DNA from: Chara braunii
Taxonomy: Eukaryota > Plantae > Charophyceae
Assembly: GCA_003427395.1 (NCBI GenBank)
Contig: BFEA01000010.1
Span: 1,369,091-1,433,090 of the forward strand
DNA: 64,000 bases
Direction: 5' to 3'
Shown: piece after piece, positions 26,283 through 40,599 of the stretch
Layout of the letters: every line of letters starts with the position of its first letter
Position numbering within the stretch: the stretch's first letter is position 1
The notes under the pieces: model-generated
Seen by the model: only the letters and a program-made list of their open reading frames with translations
Database searches by the model: none
Told to the model about the DNA's origin: nothing
Made by a program: the position numbers and the translations under genes

Positions 26283-29200
26283 AAACGATAGGAGAATTGG
26301 CACCTTATCAACGGGCCAGTTCTTGAAATCTCGATCTGCCGCCGTTGGCCGCTTGATGGGCATTTGAACTTGGGCGTAATCCATTGATCAACCGCTTGAT
26401 TACCAATGAATTATTTCCACAATGATAGACGTACATGTGCACAAGGAACGGTATCTTCGTGGTACATTCGCTTGGAAGTGTTGAGAGAGCAAAGAACAAT
26501 GGGGGTGAAGTGGCTGTCGTATTGGCAGCCACTTGTTGGAACAGTGACAAGTTCTCCAAATTTTGTCGACCTGGTAAGAGTTGTACAGAGCATCCAAAGT
26601 GTTCTACAGTTAGACTCGGCCTCGTTCTAAGAACACACCAGTGGATACATTGGGGAGTGGAAATGCAAACAGACGGGAGTCAATGCAATAGAGCCTGCGA
26701 TCCGTGAGATACATGTATTACATCGTGCGGAACATCTGAAAGGAACCAGGACGTGATTGTGCATCAGGTATGTCCGTTCACTTAAATGGGTGAGAGTTCC
26801 TACTTACGTGCGCCTGAGAGAGTGAAAGGGAACAACAACATTCAGTTCAATTGTGACCCTTAGGGAAGGTAAGTTGTGCCCCGCGGGAACCTATCCTGTT
26901 GTAGGGGACCGCTAGATGTACAGCTGGCGGACTCGACCGGAGCGGCAACAGGACGACGCGGGTTACCGTGTCGTCCCCGAGTTGTCTCTAAAAACTCGAA
27001 AGCCTAAGTTTCTCCTGCGTGACGCGGTCGGGAGGGCCCTCGCTCGCGCGGGGGCCGATGTGCTCAACAACGCATTCTCAGCAACGCCAAGCATCGAGAG
27101 AACGCCTTCTCAGCTACGCCAAGCATCAGACAAGTACAAGGGAATGAAGACGAGAGGGTGGTGTAGGTGCTGGAACGCTGGACGCTACAGTGCACAGGCC
27201 ACGAGTTAACCTGGACGTGAAACTGGAACAAACAATTTATACCTCCACCTCTGCCTAACTACCGAAGATTTCGGAAACTGTTACTGAACTATGACAGACT
27301 TCCAAAAGTGTCACTGGGAATTGCAATCCTAAGGGACAACTTGAAGGTGGTCTAATTAATCAAGCTGATCACTAAAAACATGAACTTCAATAGGTGCTCG
27401 ATGAGAGCAGCCACTCATAAAGGAGGTGGTCCAACAGGTTGGGAAGCGAATGGCAACTGGTTGTTGGAGCACTGGGAGAGACCCGACTCCGCAAACATGC
27501 CTTGGAGACCGAAACTAAGATTGCAACGAGAGCCTCCGGTAAGACATGTCAGACTCTACAAGGGCACAACATACATTATAAAATTATGTTAAACAGTCTC
27601 ATCCGGGGCAGCGAAGTTGTGGACTCTGTGGGAGGAACAAAAGTTCTGTCTTTGCAAAAACTGAGTAAATGTCCTGCAAAGAATAACAACTCCTTCCTGC
27701 AAGGAAACAATAAACCTAGCAAGCAAGCTCGGAAAGGCCGCAGGCTCAAAGACACTGCAGACTCAAGTACCACACGCTTGCTCAACAGGCATGATCAGAA
27801 CACAGCCTTAGTAAAGGTTTTCTGTAAAGCTAGATAAAGAAAAGTCTGTAGGTACAACAACCATGACAGCAGGGAGTCAGCAGCAGTAAACCATGATTAA
27901 CCATGGTTAGCCAAGTTATGAGCCAGAAGTGCAGAATTCGGGAGTTGGGTTTCAACAAAGATTAACAGCGTCATTTTCGATGCTCCTCTGCAGCTGTGTT
28001 ATCAAATATTATCCGCATTTGAAATTCCCAATGACAGCGAGATAGCGATGGTGAGATTATTCATCCTCGGGTGAATTCCATAGGGTTACTGATCCTGGCT
28101 CTTCAACCCGGGTGGACGAGAGTGTATCAGACTTGGAGAGCTCCATAAGCGACACCATGTACGACCCAAAATCCGAACGGGATCATGCCTAGAACTGTTG
28201 CTATGCTGACTGAGACCTCAAATCCCCCAGTTTCACCACACACTTGGGCGGCGCCCGGGGGAGTTGAACTCATCATTATAGATTAATAGGTTCTTGTTTG
28301 CAATCATTATTTGTGATATTATTGTTGTTGTATGTTTGGCTACATGTAAGTGGATGCTGACATAGTTGTTTGTAGGTTGCAGGAACCGCGAAACCGATCT
28401 CCCATGGTTGACAGACACGGAACAATTTCAGAGCTCGTTTCGAGTGCCGGCAAATCCCTTCCACCGGTTTACACCAGTCAAGACTAACCCATCGACCATA
28501 AATGATTGAACTGTACTTATGTGAATCGCAATCACTACTGATCTTTGATGATATATTTGTCTTCCTTGACTGTCTCGAACGTTGTGGTTGTGCTGATTGT
28601 TTACTGTTCTGACCTTGATAATACATGGTAGACTCGATTAGAGTATGTCCCTTGATAATGTCGAGGGCTCTCTCTCTCTCAGTCTTTCTTTGAAAGTTGC
28701 TACGTAGTTTGTCTCAACGTCTTCCTATTTGTATCATCTTTCTTATCATGTGATACATTTTATCCATAAAACGTTTCTTTTTCTCATCTCTTCTTTCTTT
28801 TTAAATTGAGTTCTCAATTAACCCTGCAGTAATGAAGAAAATAGGTAAATCACAATTACGCACTAATTCTTTTCTTAGCTGATTGTTTAAATTGGAATGA
28901 CTGGACTTCGGCTAAGAGATGATTGTCAGAGTAACTTAGTGCTGGTCACTGGCAACCTCCCGGACTCGGTCGACAGTCTCGACAGATGAAGACGTGTTGT
29001 GCATCTTCTCGCTTAACCTATGAAAATAGATTACATACTCAATAAATTATTGGCCTTTCACCAGCTCGAGTGCTCGTTCTCTCATTAGTTTCGTGTAGAA
29101 CAGGATGCCTTCAACAATTTGATCTTCCCACTCTTCCACTTTGTCTCGGTCGAGGATGCAAGGCATACCGAGGGTGTATTTGTTGTACATGATTTTTTTC

Positions 29201-29683
29201 AACTCTCTTCTCCTCACCTGCAGTAACTCTCAATTTTATCACTTGAGTATGAAGCGAAGTTTTGTTTATTTTACTATCTCCGGATGTGAAGAAGGTTGGT
29301 GTCAAAAACAGGTTGCTCGCTGCTAATAATTATCGTTGAATGTTTTTGCAAAGGTTTTAATACCTTGTTTCTCATTCAATAATAAGTTGCTAGCCGCTCA
29401 ACATCAAGTAATCTCTGCTTGTTGCTTAAGTTCTCAGCAAATTGCCTGCTGTCGAAACTCTCATCACACCGCTTGCTGCAAACTTTTTACCCGTAGAGTT
29501 TGAGGTCACAAGTTTCTCACATGAGGGTTGATCCCAAGTTTCTTTGGTCAAACACTTCGCAAGGTTTTCTCTACCCAAATACTTCACAGGTAACGCCTCT
29601 GCAAATTATGCCACTCATAATTTATTACCCAACACTATGTTCTCCGACAATTAATGAGTATGTGTTTGAGTTAAAGTTAGAAT

Positions 29684-30028
29684 CTGTGTAGCATCGTGTT
29701 CGGGTTCGGTGAACGAACCCGAACGTTCGCGACCGAACGCGAACGAGCGCCAAACCCCCCCGAACGCGAACATAAAAAAAAAAAAAAAAAAAAAGTTCTC
29801 AGAAAAATCTGAAAAAAATATATGTTATGTAAAATATAAAACAAACAACTTTTGCATTGAGGGTATGTTCAAATACCTAACCAACCTCGAGATAAAAAAA
29901 AAAAAAAAAAAAAAAAAAGATTGTTTTTAGTTAATGTTCGGCCGAACACGTTCGGGGGGCGTTCGGCCGAAACTCGAACATGTTCGGACGTTCGAAAAAG
30001 CTCCGAACATGTTCGGTGTGCTACACAG
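29684..30028 (+). mobile_element. hAT-like MITE, TIR CTGTGTAGCA, 8-bp TSD GTTAGAAT
   Basis: perfect 10-bp TIR; GTTAGAAT at 29676-29683 and 30029-30036; many CCGAAC/GTTCGG repeats. Confidence 0.9.
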
Positions 30029-30040
30029 GTTAGAATAAAT

Positions 30041-30504
30041 CTAGGTTACCAATGGTCCGGAGACCGGACGTCTCCCCCGGACGTAAAGTACCCCCGTCGT
30101 CCAGATTTTCGGACGATAACTTTTTGGCACTAAAAAAAAAAATAAAAAAAATCGCAGTGTTGTGCATGCCCAAGAGATCCCCCACAAAAAAATTCAGATT
30201 TTTCTGAGCATTTGGTGATAGGGTGGTATTTGGGGTGGGGGGAGGGGTTACGATGGGTTTCGGTGGGGATAGGAGGGGTATAGGTGGGGATTAAAATCTT
30301 TGAAAAATTTTATTATTTATTCTACTGGCCCAAATGATCCAAAACTTTGGTGCCATACAACTATGGAAGGTGGAAGCTACATGATTGTTTTCATTTTTTT
30401 TTTTTTTTTAACACTAGGTCAGACATACCCTGTCCGGTCCTGGTCGTCCGGTCGGACATCCCGGACGGTCAAGGGGGTCTCGGACGTCCGATCCAACAAC
30501 TTAG
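30041..30504. mobile_element. hAT-like MITE, imperfect TIR CTA(G/A)GTT, TSD (G/C)AATAAAT
   Basis: GTCCGG/CCGGAC subterminal repeats at both ends; GAATAAAT 30033-30040 vs CAATAAAT 30505-30512. Confidence 0.7.
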
Positions 30505-33500
30505 CAATAAATAGGATAAAATAAATTGGGAATTAGCTAGCAATAAAAATCATGTTCTCAAGCCATACTGGGTAATTCTCATAAAAATACAGCGTGGATA
30601 ACAGTATGGGAAAAACATTTCATGTACCTGTGAAGATGTTTCCCTAACTATAACAACCATCCACCCTAAATACAGCGATGCACAACTCATTTTCATTTGT
30701 AGGGTAAAATGTTGCTGGTTAGCACTTTAGTTTGTATATAAAATAGGTGTCGTCGTACTAAGTCGCACAAGGTACCAATACCGCAGTACAAGTTCGGATA
30801 ATACACAGGCTATGAACCTCACTAGAGTAATACACAGAGTACCATCCAGCGGTAAACTCCACTCGCAACACATTCTGGGTATTGCTTTTTTTTCTCTTTT
30901 TCTTTTTTTTTTAGAAACAACCCGAGCTGATGCTAGGGGTGTCGATAGGAGCAGACACAACAAACATTAATCAAACTCATATGGTACTACTACTAATAGT
31001 TCTCCTCACTTTAAGAGCGTGCATAATACTACTAGGCTAGCTAGCAGTAAACCTCGCTCCAATAATACATTGGGTTCTGCTGAATGTAGGTCCTACCCGA
31101 ACACAACATATGGGGTAATTATAATTTTCCCGCTAGAATAACGCATAGGGTAGCAATGGTGGTGATCAACACTCGAATAGTACCCATGGTACTACCAGCG
31201 ATAATCTCCCTCACTCACAAAACCCGTTTTCTAACACAACTCAAAATACTCGTACTTCACTTCAATATTCAATTGGAGAGGGAAACAACGCCACTAACTA
31301 CCCGAGATAAACGAACATAAATATGACAATTAACAAATCAAACGAGAAACAGCTTGTCATAAGGGACCAAGCTCCCGCTTGCTCGACAAATGAAGTCAAC
31401 CATGCTCTGTGTCGATCACTCGATCAACAAATATTTCTGGCAAGGTCCATTGTTCTTCCTCAAGCAGCGTTACTCTTCTGTTCAGACACAGGGATAACTC
31501 TGCACTTGTCAAACTCTTGACTTAGTCCATCACTCTTTTCCTTCACTAGGTCATTCGAGATAAGTGATGCTAAGAATTAATCTTTATCAATAAAAATTTC
31601 GCAAGCAAATATGCAATCCTTTTGAAGATGCGTTGCTTCGTGCCCATCAGATGTAAGTGAGAGTGAGATTAGACTGCCCTTGGCTTAATACAAACTATTA
31701 CTGACACAATAATGATATAATGTCGCTCATTAATGAGACGACCAAAACTTAGTGGAGCTCAAGTGATCTATGTGCACTTCCAAAACCACAAATCTAACCA
31801 GGTAGCTAATTCATTATCTTCTTGTTCAAAAGAAAAGGACTAGCAAAAGAGGATTTAACGGAGAAGGAGACGGGAGGAAGCAAGAAAGAGGATGAAAAGG
31901 AGAAGGGAGAGTAACGAGGAAATAATCAGAGGCCTTATCAATTACCAAATTCTCTTTCCTCCTTAATAAAACATTGTCAGCCCTTGATCCACCCAGACTC
32001 GGTTTGCAAAATAAAGTTGTCGGATCTTCCTCATTCTCTTGCAAACCAGTTACCAAAAAAAAGTCAAATGTGTTTCTCCCTCTCTTACACGATATCGTGT
32101 ACCTGCTGTATGCAACTCGCCCCTCATAACTGCCTTATACAAGGTTTTGTTAGCACGAAATACCCTATCAATGATGGTGATGATGGCACTCGAAACGAGA
32201 ACGTGCCATGACGACCACTTGTACTTGTACAAATTAATGACGTCAACAAGTAAGTTACTCAGGTTTGTCTTCTCGTAAGCTCAACGATAGAAGAGTCTCT
32301 CTCTAACTAGTACACAAGGTCACGCTCAAATGATCTCGACACTCAAGCAAACGGAGATCGTATGACACGAATTATAGTTCAACTATTGGTAAGTGAATGG
32401 TCGAGTTTTTTTAGGACATCAGTTGCACTCTGCACAGATTGTCACCCTCCAAGCGGATCCCGACAGTGAACCGTCACGGTCGAATGTTCTTGCCTATAGC
32501 TAGTACCCAGTATGGTACATCGACTTTCACCTCACAGCCAATAGTTGCCCGTATCGCGTAGCCAATAGAAGCGCTACCATGGGTACACACTATGATTGTC
32601 ACAACATAGTCGATATCAATTGTGCTTGGTTCATGCTTGCTCTTCGCGAGAGAGCGACGAAGATTTGACTTAGACCACTTGTGTCCACTGTTAGCACTCA
32701 TTAAGGCATGTATGCTCTCTCGCCATTGCCTGTATGATGAGATCTTATAGGTGACATATTTGACATCAACTGTTGTTTCACAAGTGGAACTCTCTCTTTC
32801 TCTCAAGACTAAACTTGAGTGTCAGTGCACACGCGTCGCCTTCGCCTCATTACGAAGGAGATTGGAGCGCGCCTTCCCCTCACTATCAAGGAGATGGACA
32901 TCAACCGTAGAAGGCACACCCACTTCTCACTCGAGTCTCATATCAAGTCTCACATAAAGTCAAACTTTAAGAGTACGTGCATACCACTTATATCTCACAC
33001 TTCCCACTCATGTTTAATTCTCCTTCATTACGAAAACATGTGTGTGATGACTAAAAAGAGCGCAGAGATACCTTGTTGACATCAACAACCGATGCACACC
33101 TAGAACTCTCAGGTAGGTCTGACTAGTACCCTGATTCGCGAGCCCATTCTCTTTGGCTCTCCTGCTGGACTCTTACTTGTGGTTTGTAATCGCCTTGCGG
33201 TCTCAACCTCTTTATCATAACAAGCTGGCTTTAGGGTAATCTTTCATAGGGGTTGCTGGCGGGTGGTCTCGTCGCCACTGGTTCAATCCATGGCAGGACT
33301 GAGTCGCAACGTCATTCACCTCGGATTCTACTACGGAGTCCCTGTCCAGATCCTGTTGCTTGGGCTTTGTAATCCCCGTGGTAGTGTCTTTCTCATGGTA
33401 AGTAATAATGATCTGCAATGCCACAGTCACCCCATCTCGCTTGCACCTTCGTTCTGCCCGGTTACGGACCTCAGTAATAGCAGTTTGCAAAGTCCCCATC

Positions 33501-34940
33501 CCCTTTCATCTCTTGCTCTTCTTCACCATAGACGTTAATTTTTAACTTAGCAGATCCCTCAAGTTTTACGTACGTCAGAGCAACGTTTACTATAGCACCC
33601 TCCAGACTACTAGGCACCCAACTCCATAAGTATTTCAAGTGCCTATGCCTGTAACCATAAAGACCCTTCGAGTACGTCATAGTCGCACTCTTAAAATAGC
33701 CTATACCCAACACTCCCAACAACCACCTACTCTCGCACGCACAAAGCAAGTATACCACTAAAACACTGGGCTCAGATAGCCGCGGCCTGAGCACCTTGCC
33801 TTTCCATGCCACTATCTCGACGTACGAAACGACAGTATGGCAACACATCCCTAAGTGTGCATTTTTTGACCAATAGCAGAGTGATCTCGTAGTAGCCTTT
33901 TATAGAACCTTACAATACAACAGGCATTGTACTCTAATCAAGGGACCCAGATGGTCTAGTAAAACAAAGAAAAAAATATATATATTATAATACTTATTTC
34001 CTGCAATAATAGTTGGATAGAGTATTCAAACTTCTGGGACTTCAACGGTCACTACCCTGGCACAGTCCAATGGCCTCAAAATTGCAGTCTTTCAATTTAG
34101 CTTGAAAAAACACGAGCTCGACGTGCAACTTAATCCAATAACCGGATACCTATCGACATGATTCCTCCTTTAAAAGAGGTGACAAGCCTACCACTAACAG
34201 GAACCCGCGCCCGATGGTAAGGAGGGGGTTTATGACCCTCAATAGAGGGGTGATAAGCTTCCCACTAATGAGGCCGCGAGTATCCTCCTTTTGAGGGTCT
34301 ACCTCGCGACACCCCACTCAAGGACGAAATGCTCATCACCCGCACCAACTCTTTCAAAACACGGCACATTGAATCTTTCAATCATATTGAAGGGTCATCC
34401 CATTTCAAGTCGCAACATAAATTTAAGACCTGAGAAGAATTGAACCGTTCGTTCGTTCGTAGAATCACAAGAGGGGAACTAAATTAAAAGAAAAGTAATT
34501 AACTTAGAAATAAAAGAAAGACATTCTCATTCAAAATTGACTCGTCGCGTACCAGTGATCGTCTCATTAATCATAACTAAAGTTACGACTCTAGTAGAAC
34601 GAAGATCAAAGTGGCGCTCTGCTTTTCCTTTTTCTCCTTTTTTTTTTTTTTCTTTTTTTTTCCTCTACTTTGTTTGTGACCGCTGTTATAATACTTTGTC
34701 CCATAGCTCAATAAAAGGGAGCTCGGCATGCAGTTGAAAAGACTGCTACAACTCTACTACTTTTGCATCCCTGTGCGAGCCCGACAACTACCACGAGCAC
34801 AAGCTGGTTGTGCTCTACTGCAGAGCAGGGCGCCGAGTTAGTTTGGACCAATGGAAAGTCAGATGGCGCAACCCCACCATTTTGTTGAGGTGAGTGTCAA
34901 CTAGAACCGCTTTAGAAACTAGTCGTAAGGTTGGTGTGCT

Positions 34941-35060
34941 TGGTACACCGTGGAAGGCCCTGAGTATGGTATTCCTGGTGCACCACTGAAGGCCCTAGCA
35001 TGGTATGCCTGGTACACCGTTGAAGGCCCTGAGCATGATATGCCTTGTACACCACGGAGG
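34941..35060. repeat. 35-bp tandem repeat (~3.5 copies)
   Basis: TGGTACACCGT.GAAGGCCCTGAG.ATG.TA..CC units. Confidence 0.85.
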
Positions 35061-37779
35061 GTCGGGACACAACGCCCTCCGACAACGCGCACCCATTCTT
35101 CCCTTTTTGCGAAATCTTCTTTCTTTCAATTTTGCACTTCCCTCCTCTCCTGCTCACGGCGTGTCCTCTACTTCCACACGAGGTCATTCCCTTTTTCCTT
35201 ACCTCGCGCGATCTCCATTTTCTTTTCCGCCTATTCTGTATTCTCTCGTTATGCATGTTCAACTTTCTTTGTCAATCTTGCTTGCTATGCCCATCGCTGT
35301 CTTTCTTCTAGTCTATTTCTCTCTTTCTCTCTTTGTTTCTCTCTTTCTCTTAGTTTTTTCTTCCTTCCACTCACCATCTTTTTATATTCCGTGATCGAAA
35401 GATAACACCCCCTCCAATGACATACACCCGCCCATACATCGAGATAAGTGAATCTGCAAGTAAATGTCGCAACCAGGATAGCAGTTGTCGTTGCTTCATG
35501 TCGCTATACTCACCAGGTAAGTCCAGGCACACCCGTTTCCCTCTTCCACTCATTCTCCTTCTAGCAATTCCTAATTTTTTCCCTTTCCTCCTTATCTCTC
35601 TTCTCCTTCTTCTCCTTCTTCTCCTTCTTCTCCTTCTTCGCTTAATTTTTTTTTTTCTCGTTATACATATGATTTTCTTCACCCAAATTTGTGTGGTGCT
35701 CTTTCCTCCTCTCGTGCGCTCTTTTCTTCTCATAACACTCGCAAGTGACTTTCTTTTTTGCATCACTCACGAGTCACGTGCATGCCTGTCTCTTGACACT
35801 GCATGTGCGCCTTCCATTTCCCACGTGTGGGCATCCGCTGTGTTTCACATGCTACTCAATCGAGGTCATGAACAGAAACGCCTTCAACTCACGAGGCGAT
35901 TACAAACATGAGCTTATATCACTTTTAGTAGAACGATGCTGCAATGAACGTGTGTCAGGACGAGTACCACAAAGATGTGTACGATCATCAATGTGAGTGA
36001 CTATAACCCTGAGAAGCAATTACTAGGGAGGCGTGCATGACCACAATCATGAGTTGGGATCTAATGCTTTACCGAATGCGCAAAATGAGAATGAATATTC
36101 AGCTAGAACATTGTAAATACAACGCAAACTCGGATAACCCTTCTTCTCATTTCCCTTCTCGTTTTCTCCTCCTCCATTCTCTGTTGGCGCCCGGATCTCT
36201 TTCCTCCAACATGATGTTTCAAATTTCTTTCTTCCCAATTCGCCAATCACTCTTTCTAGCATGCTATTCTACACTCATGTGTAACCCTCCTTCTACCACA
36301 CTCTCTCTTTCTAATAGGCGCGAACTTCCTCTCTTTTCGTGCACCCTCCTTCAGATCTACCACCATGATCTCTCTCAAACAGACACGTTAACACGGCCTG
36401 GTTCGCAACATAATCTACGGAAGACCGCTTCTTGTACTCGTATGAACCTGCCCTGAATCCGACAATAGATTTATCAAATCGAATCTACCAAAAGTAACAA
36501 CTCGCTCTGAAGAAAATTGACAGAAATAAAAGTGGAAGACCCAACGAACTAACTAATAAAAATACAAAAAAAAGAAAATAAGTGGTAACTGCCCCCATTT
36601 GCCATCTGTCGTATGAACGGTTGTTAGACGTAACCACTGAGTTATTCCGGCGTGGCTAGTTTTTCTTCCTTAGTTAGAATCTACCCTGGTTCTAACGGCA
36701 GATTCATCAAAATATTTTCTTTGACCATTCCCATGGGGATCATAAAAATAAATACGAGGAAAATAATGAGAGGAAAAAAAATTAAAAATTAAATAAAAAA
36801 ATATATGAACTAACTATTTCGGAGTGCCAAGTGTCATGGCCTGATGACTCACTGCCTCCTTGTATGCCACATGCCCCCTTCCTTTAAATGAATATGCCCT
36901 ATAGTTCAAGGTAGATTTATTGTAATAAGTGCAAAAAGAACTATGGGGAACCAGAAAGGAGAAAAAATGAAAAAAAAAAAAAAATGATGAAATCTTCAAA
37001 ACGAATAATAAGAACAAGAAATGCTTAGCAAATCTAACTGTAACTAAACCGTAGTGCCAGTTGTCGTGCTGTACATCGCGAGGAAGGTGCTTTCTATGAA
37101 TAAACGAATCTATCCCACGCACACTACTGTGAGCATAACGAACAAAAAAGAAAAGAAGAACCTAACGAACAAAATCTAACGGTTAGCAACCCCAGTTTGA
37201 CACCTGTTGCATGTGGGTTCAAACATAATCCATCTATAACTAATTTCAAGAATCAGAGGGGCAGGGGGGCCGGACCTAACTTAAACTGTAACTAACCACC
37301 TAGCATAAGAAAAAACGAGCAAAAGGAAACTAGCCGAATAACCATCAGACTCGATCACTTTATCTATTGCACGAAAATCCGATGTGATAACCAACTAGCC
37401 TAACTCCTTTTCCCAATTGAAAAGGGAACGACACTACATTAAAATGTTTTGTACGTTCAACTGTTGGGTCTAAGGAACATGTAGGTGCCTTTACAACGAT
37501 TTTAATGGAATGGCACGGGTTTTGAACCCACGCCTTGTGTGAGGGTTACACCCTTATTATGGCATAAAGAATTAAGATCTAGATTCGAGCCCAATCATTG
37601 CCAACCTAAGTTAACCCGACACACCTATGACACTTTTTACTAGGCCTAACAACCGCATCTTTTTAATCACCCCGACCATATGATCGCGACTTATATTGAT
37701 TTAAAAACGTCGTCGGGCTATAGGTGAGCCGACGTACTAATCCTTAATTTTATACACTCGTGCCTTTGATTTTGTTTGA

Positions 37780-38330
37780 TTCTATTTGTTTATCTCAACC
37801 AACTGATCGACCTCAATAGTCAAGGGTATTAATACAAATTTATCCATCCTCACACACGTCGCAATAACATGCGTGCAAGCTAACCAAATTTCCTTACCCA
37901 TACGTCCCTGGGACTCTTGACTTTGATGATCGAGAACCCCCCTCAAAGTGGTCAAGCAAAAGCGGATTGTTTCTACTATACTACCGACATTGTCATAGCA
38001 GTTGTTAACATCGTCGTGTCGAATGCAAAACATGGGCAAAAACCCTTGTAAGGGTATTTGAGCCGGGAACTGGCAAACTAATGTGGGAGGCCGGAAATAA
38101 TAGTTTCATTGTTTTCCCAATCAGCGGCCAATCTATTCTAGAAATGTCCAACCTGGAGTACCCCTTTAGCCAACCACTACCTCCAAAAGGCCTAAGAGGC
38201 CCCCTACAAAGGTCATGGACTCCCATCCTCCATGAGATTACAAGGGTTGTCACAAGGGTTGGGCTAAAATTCGCCCTCTGTCCAAGGATACACTAACTAA
38301 AATTTGAAGATACCACGTGGTGCAGTTCAC
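37780..38330 (-). mobile_element. Old Gypsy integrase core relic
   Basis: WRMGVHDLCRGPL..G (cf. WxxvgmDlxGPL) and HQSQESQG (cf. HPQtdGQ) in ORFs 38005-38253 and 37782-38039. Confidence 0.45.
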
Positions 38331-38349
38331 AAGGAGCCTTGCTTAACAG

Positions 38350-40235
38350 TCCATCACAACCCAATCATCATGATTGACAAGAGGACCTGATCCGGACCAA
38401 CCCCCACAACAATAAACACACATCTGTTTCCACTCTGTGGTATTATCATCGCAGAGCAGCCGAAAGACCATGCTTGCTTGCAGCGCTCGTACTTGGCCCT
38501 ACGGGTCCTCCTTTCCAGTCCAGAGTCAACGGTAGGGTCCCCTGACCATAAAATGTTGGTAATGGTCGCCTTGACGTCCCTCCAATTGTTGCGGGGTGGG
38601 CGTGTCATTTAAAACACCAGTGCTTCCGGAAGTCACAACATCATGCATGTCATTCTGTGTTGGGATGAACGAGCCAGGGGTGCTGGCACAAATTCATTCA
38701 TGCAGAAATGTTGCAGCACTATAGCAATGGGTGGTAGAGCATACAACCTGAGGTCTGCTTCCGTATTAGCCATGCGACAATTTGGCATTGGGGCAGACCT
38801 TAAGACAAGGAACGTCGTGGCCGCAAATCCAACCGGTGTGCAAGAGTCTCGTGAGCTTGGGAGTCCTCGCATGATACTTGCAAGGAAGAAACCATGCGTA
38901 CTTAGTCTGTCAACGACTATGAGGATACCGTCGTGCCCGAGGCAATCTCGTGGGGAAGGGTCCGGTGACGTCCATGGCAATAGACAATCTGGGTTCCCGG
39001 GGGATCGGCAACTGGCGCAACTCGTCGTACGGGTTGCGGTTGCAGGGCTTGGTGTGTTGACAAACCTCGCAAGATTCGCAATACTGTGTGACGTTGGTGA
39101 TTACGTCGGACCATCGAAGTCGTAGCAAAGTCGAGTGATCGTCTGGTGGACTCCAAAGTGTCCGACGAGCCACAAATCGTGGTACTCAACGAGGAGGCCA
39201 GTCCGTAGTCGACGGTCTCGTGGGACGCATAGTAAGTCCTTCCCTCGCGAATGGAGAAGCACGTACCCGTCGACGATGCGCTGGTGGCTAGGTGGTCCGA
39301 AGAAAGTTGCTCATAGAGAGTGGCGTAGTCCGCATCTGTCTTGTATGCTCATACAAAATGCTGACGTAGGTCTTCGTCGAAGTCGAAGGTGTGGTGCATC
39401 AACGCGCAAAGATTTGGCTCTTCGAGAAAGAACATTCGTCTCTTGATTGGAGAGACCGAGATGTGCTTTCGTGTGAAGTCGAACTGGTCAATGAAGTACA
39501 TCCATTTTCCAATCGTTCTATTCACCGTGTCTTGTGTCTTGTAGTAGGTCAATGGGTTGTTGTCCGTTACCCAATTGAATCTACGACACCCGAGGAGGAA
39601 GCGACGCCAGCGTTTTAGGACCGTGACGAAGGCCAGCAACTCGATGGGGGCCACCTTTTGGCCGAGGTATTCAACCGGGTGCCAGTCTATGCCATCGTGT
39701 TGTTCCAAGACTGCACCAATGTCGTAACCGAAAGCGTCCGTAGTCACTCTTATAGGTAAGGTGGGGTCATACATGCTCAAAATGGAAGTCATGAGCATCG
39801 TCGCCTTAAGCTTGTGGGACGAACTCCAGACTTCGTCAATGAAGTGGAACGACACCTTTGAAGACTGAAGTCGTGACAAAGGTGTGGTGATCCGTGCGTG
39901 TCCGCCGATGAAGCGTTGATAGGACCCGACCAATCTCATGAAGAGGCGGACCTCCATGGCGTTAGTGGGTTCTGACCAATCTTGGATGACCTGAATTATA
40001 TCCCCAAGCGGACGGATGCCTTGTGGCGTCACAAAGTGACCTAAGTATTCGAGCTCTTGTTGAGCAACCTCGCACTTGGCTGGTTGGCTTTTGTACTTCA
40101 CCTAAAATAGCCATTCCAAAATGGTGCGTGGATGTGAGAGGAGCTCGTCCAAGGTCCGGCTATAAACCAAGATGTCGTCAAGGTAGATGAGCACTAATAG
40201 GTCCAACATATTGTGGAACTCCGTCGCCATTGCCG
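38350..40235 (-). mobile_element. Ty3/Gypsy pol remnant (RT-RNase H-integrase), frameshifted
   Basis: LIYLDDILVYS; TTDAFGYDIGAVLEQ; TDNNPL; YCESCEVCQ zinc finger; IAMDVTGPFP; ILIVVDRLS. Confidence 0.92.
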
Positions 40236-40450
40236 CTTGTACCAAGGAAGCCAGCCGACGCGTGAGTGGTTGACTGAATTGCAAAAGATCGTTACCAATC
40301 GGGAACTGAACTTGCCATTCACACACATTCGATGCGAGGTCTTCAAACACTTGGTCCACTCCTTCACCCAAACACTTGGACGAGTGGAGGACTACAAAGA
40401 TTTCGACACGATCGTAACTCAAGCTCGCTCCCTCATCCAAACCAACCACG
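40236..40450 (+). mobile_element. Gypsy gag fragment in opposite orientation
   Basis: LYQGSQPTREWLTELQKIV...LNLPF..IR.E peptide resembles retrotransposon gag (LxQG motif). Confidence 0.55.
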
Positions 40451-40599
40451 TGCCGCGGCCTTCACTTAGGATGGGCACTCGGCTTGTTGGGGCCCTCTGC
40501 CCAAAACATGTGTTCGCCTAATAAGGGCTCATGTGAAGGCTCGTTCCTCGCATTCCATCTCCCTTAGCTTCGAAAGTCCGCTAAGATGCCTCGTGCTGG

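Larger units (their letters stand above)
26900..33975 (+). mobile_element. Decayed LINE (APE endonuclease + RT) interrupted by MITEs
   Basis: DADIVVCRLQEP (28353, cf. DIVxLQET), KIDYIL (29023, cf. RIDY), NQRP...PLIHPD (~31925-31998, cf. NWRPI..LIHPDQ), knuckle echo CQTLQGH (~27545), A-rich end ~33960. Confidence 0.5.
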
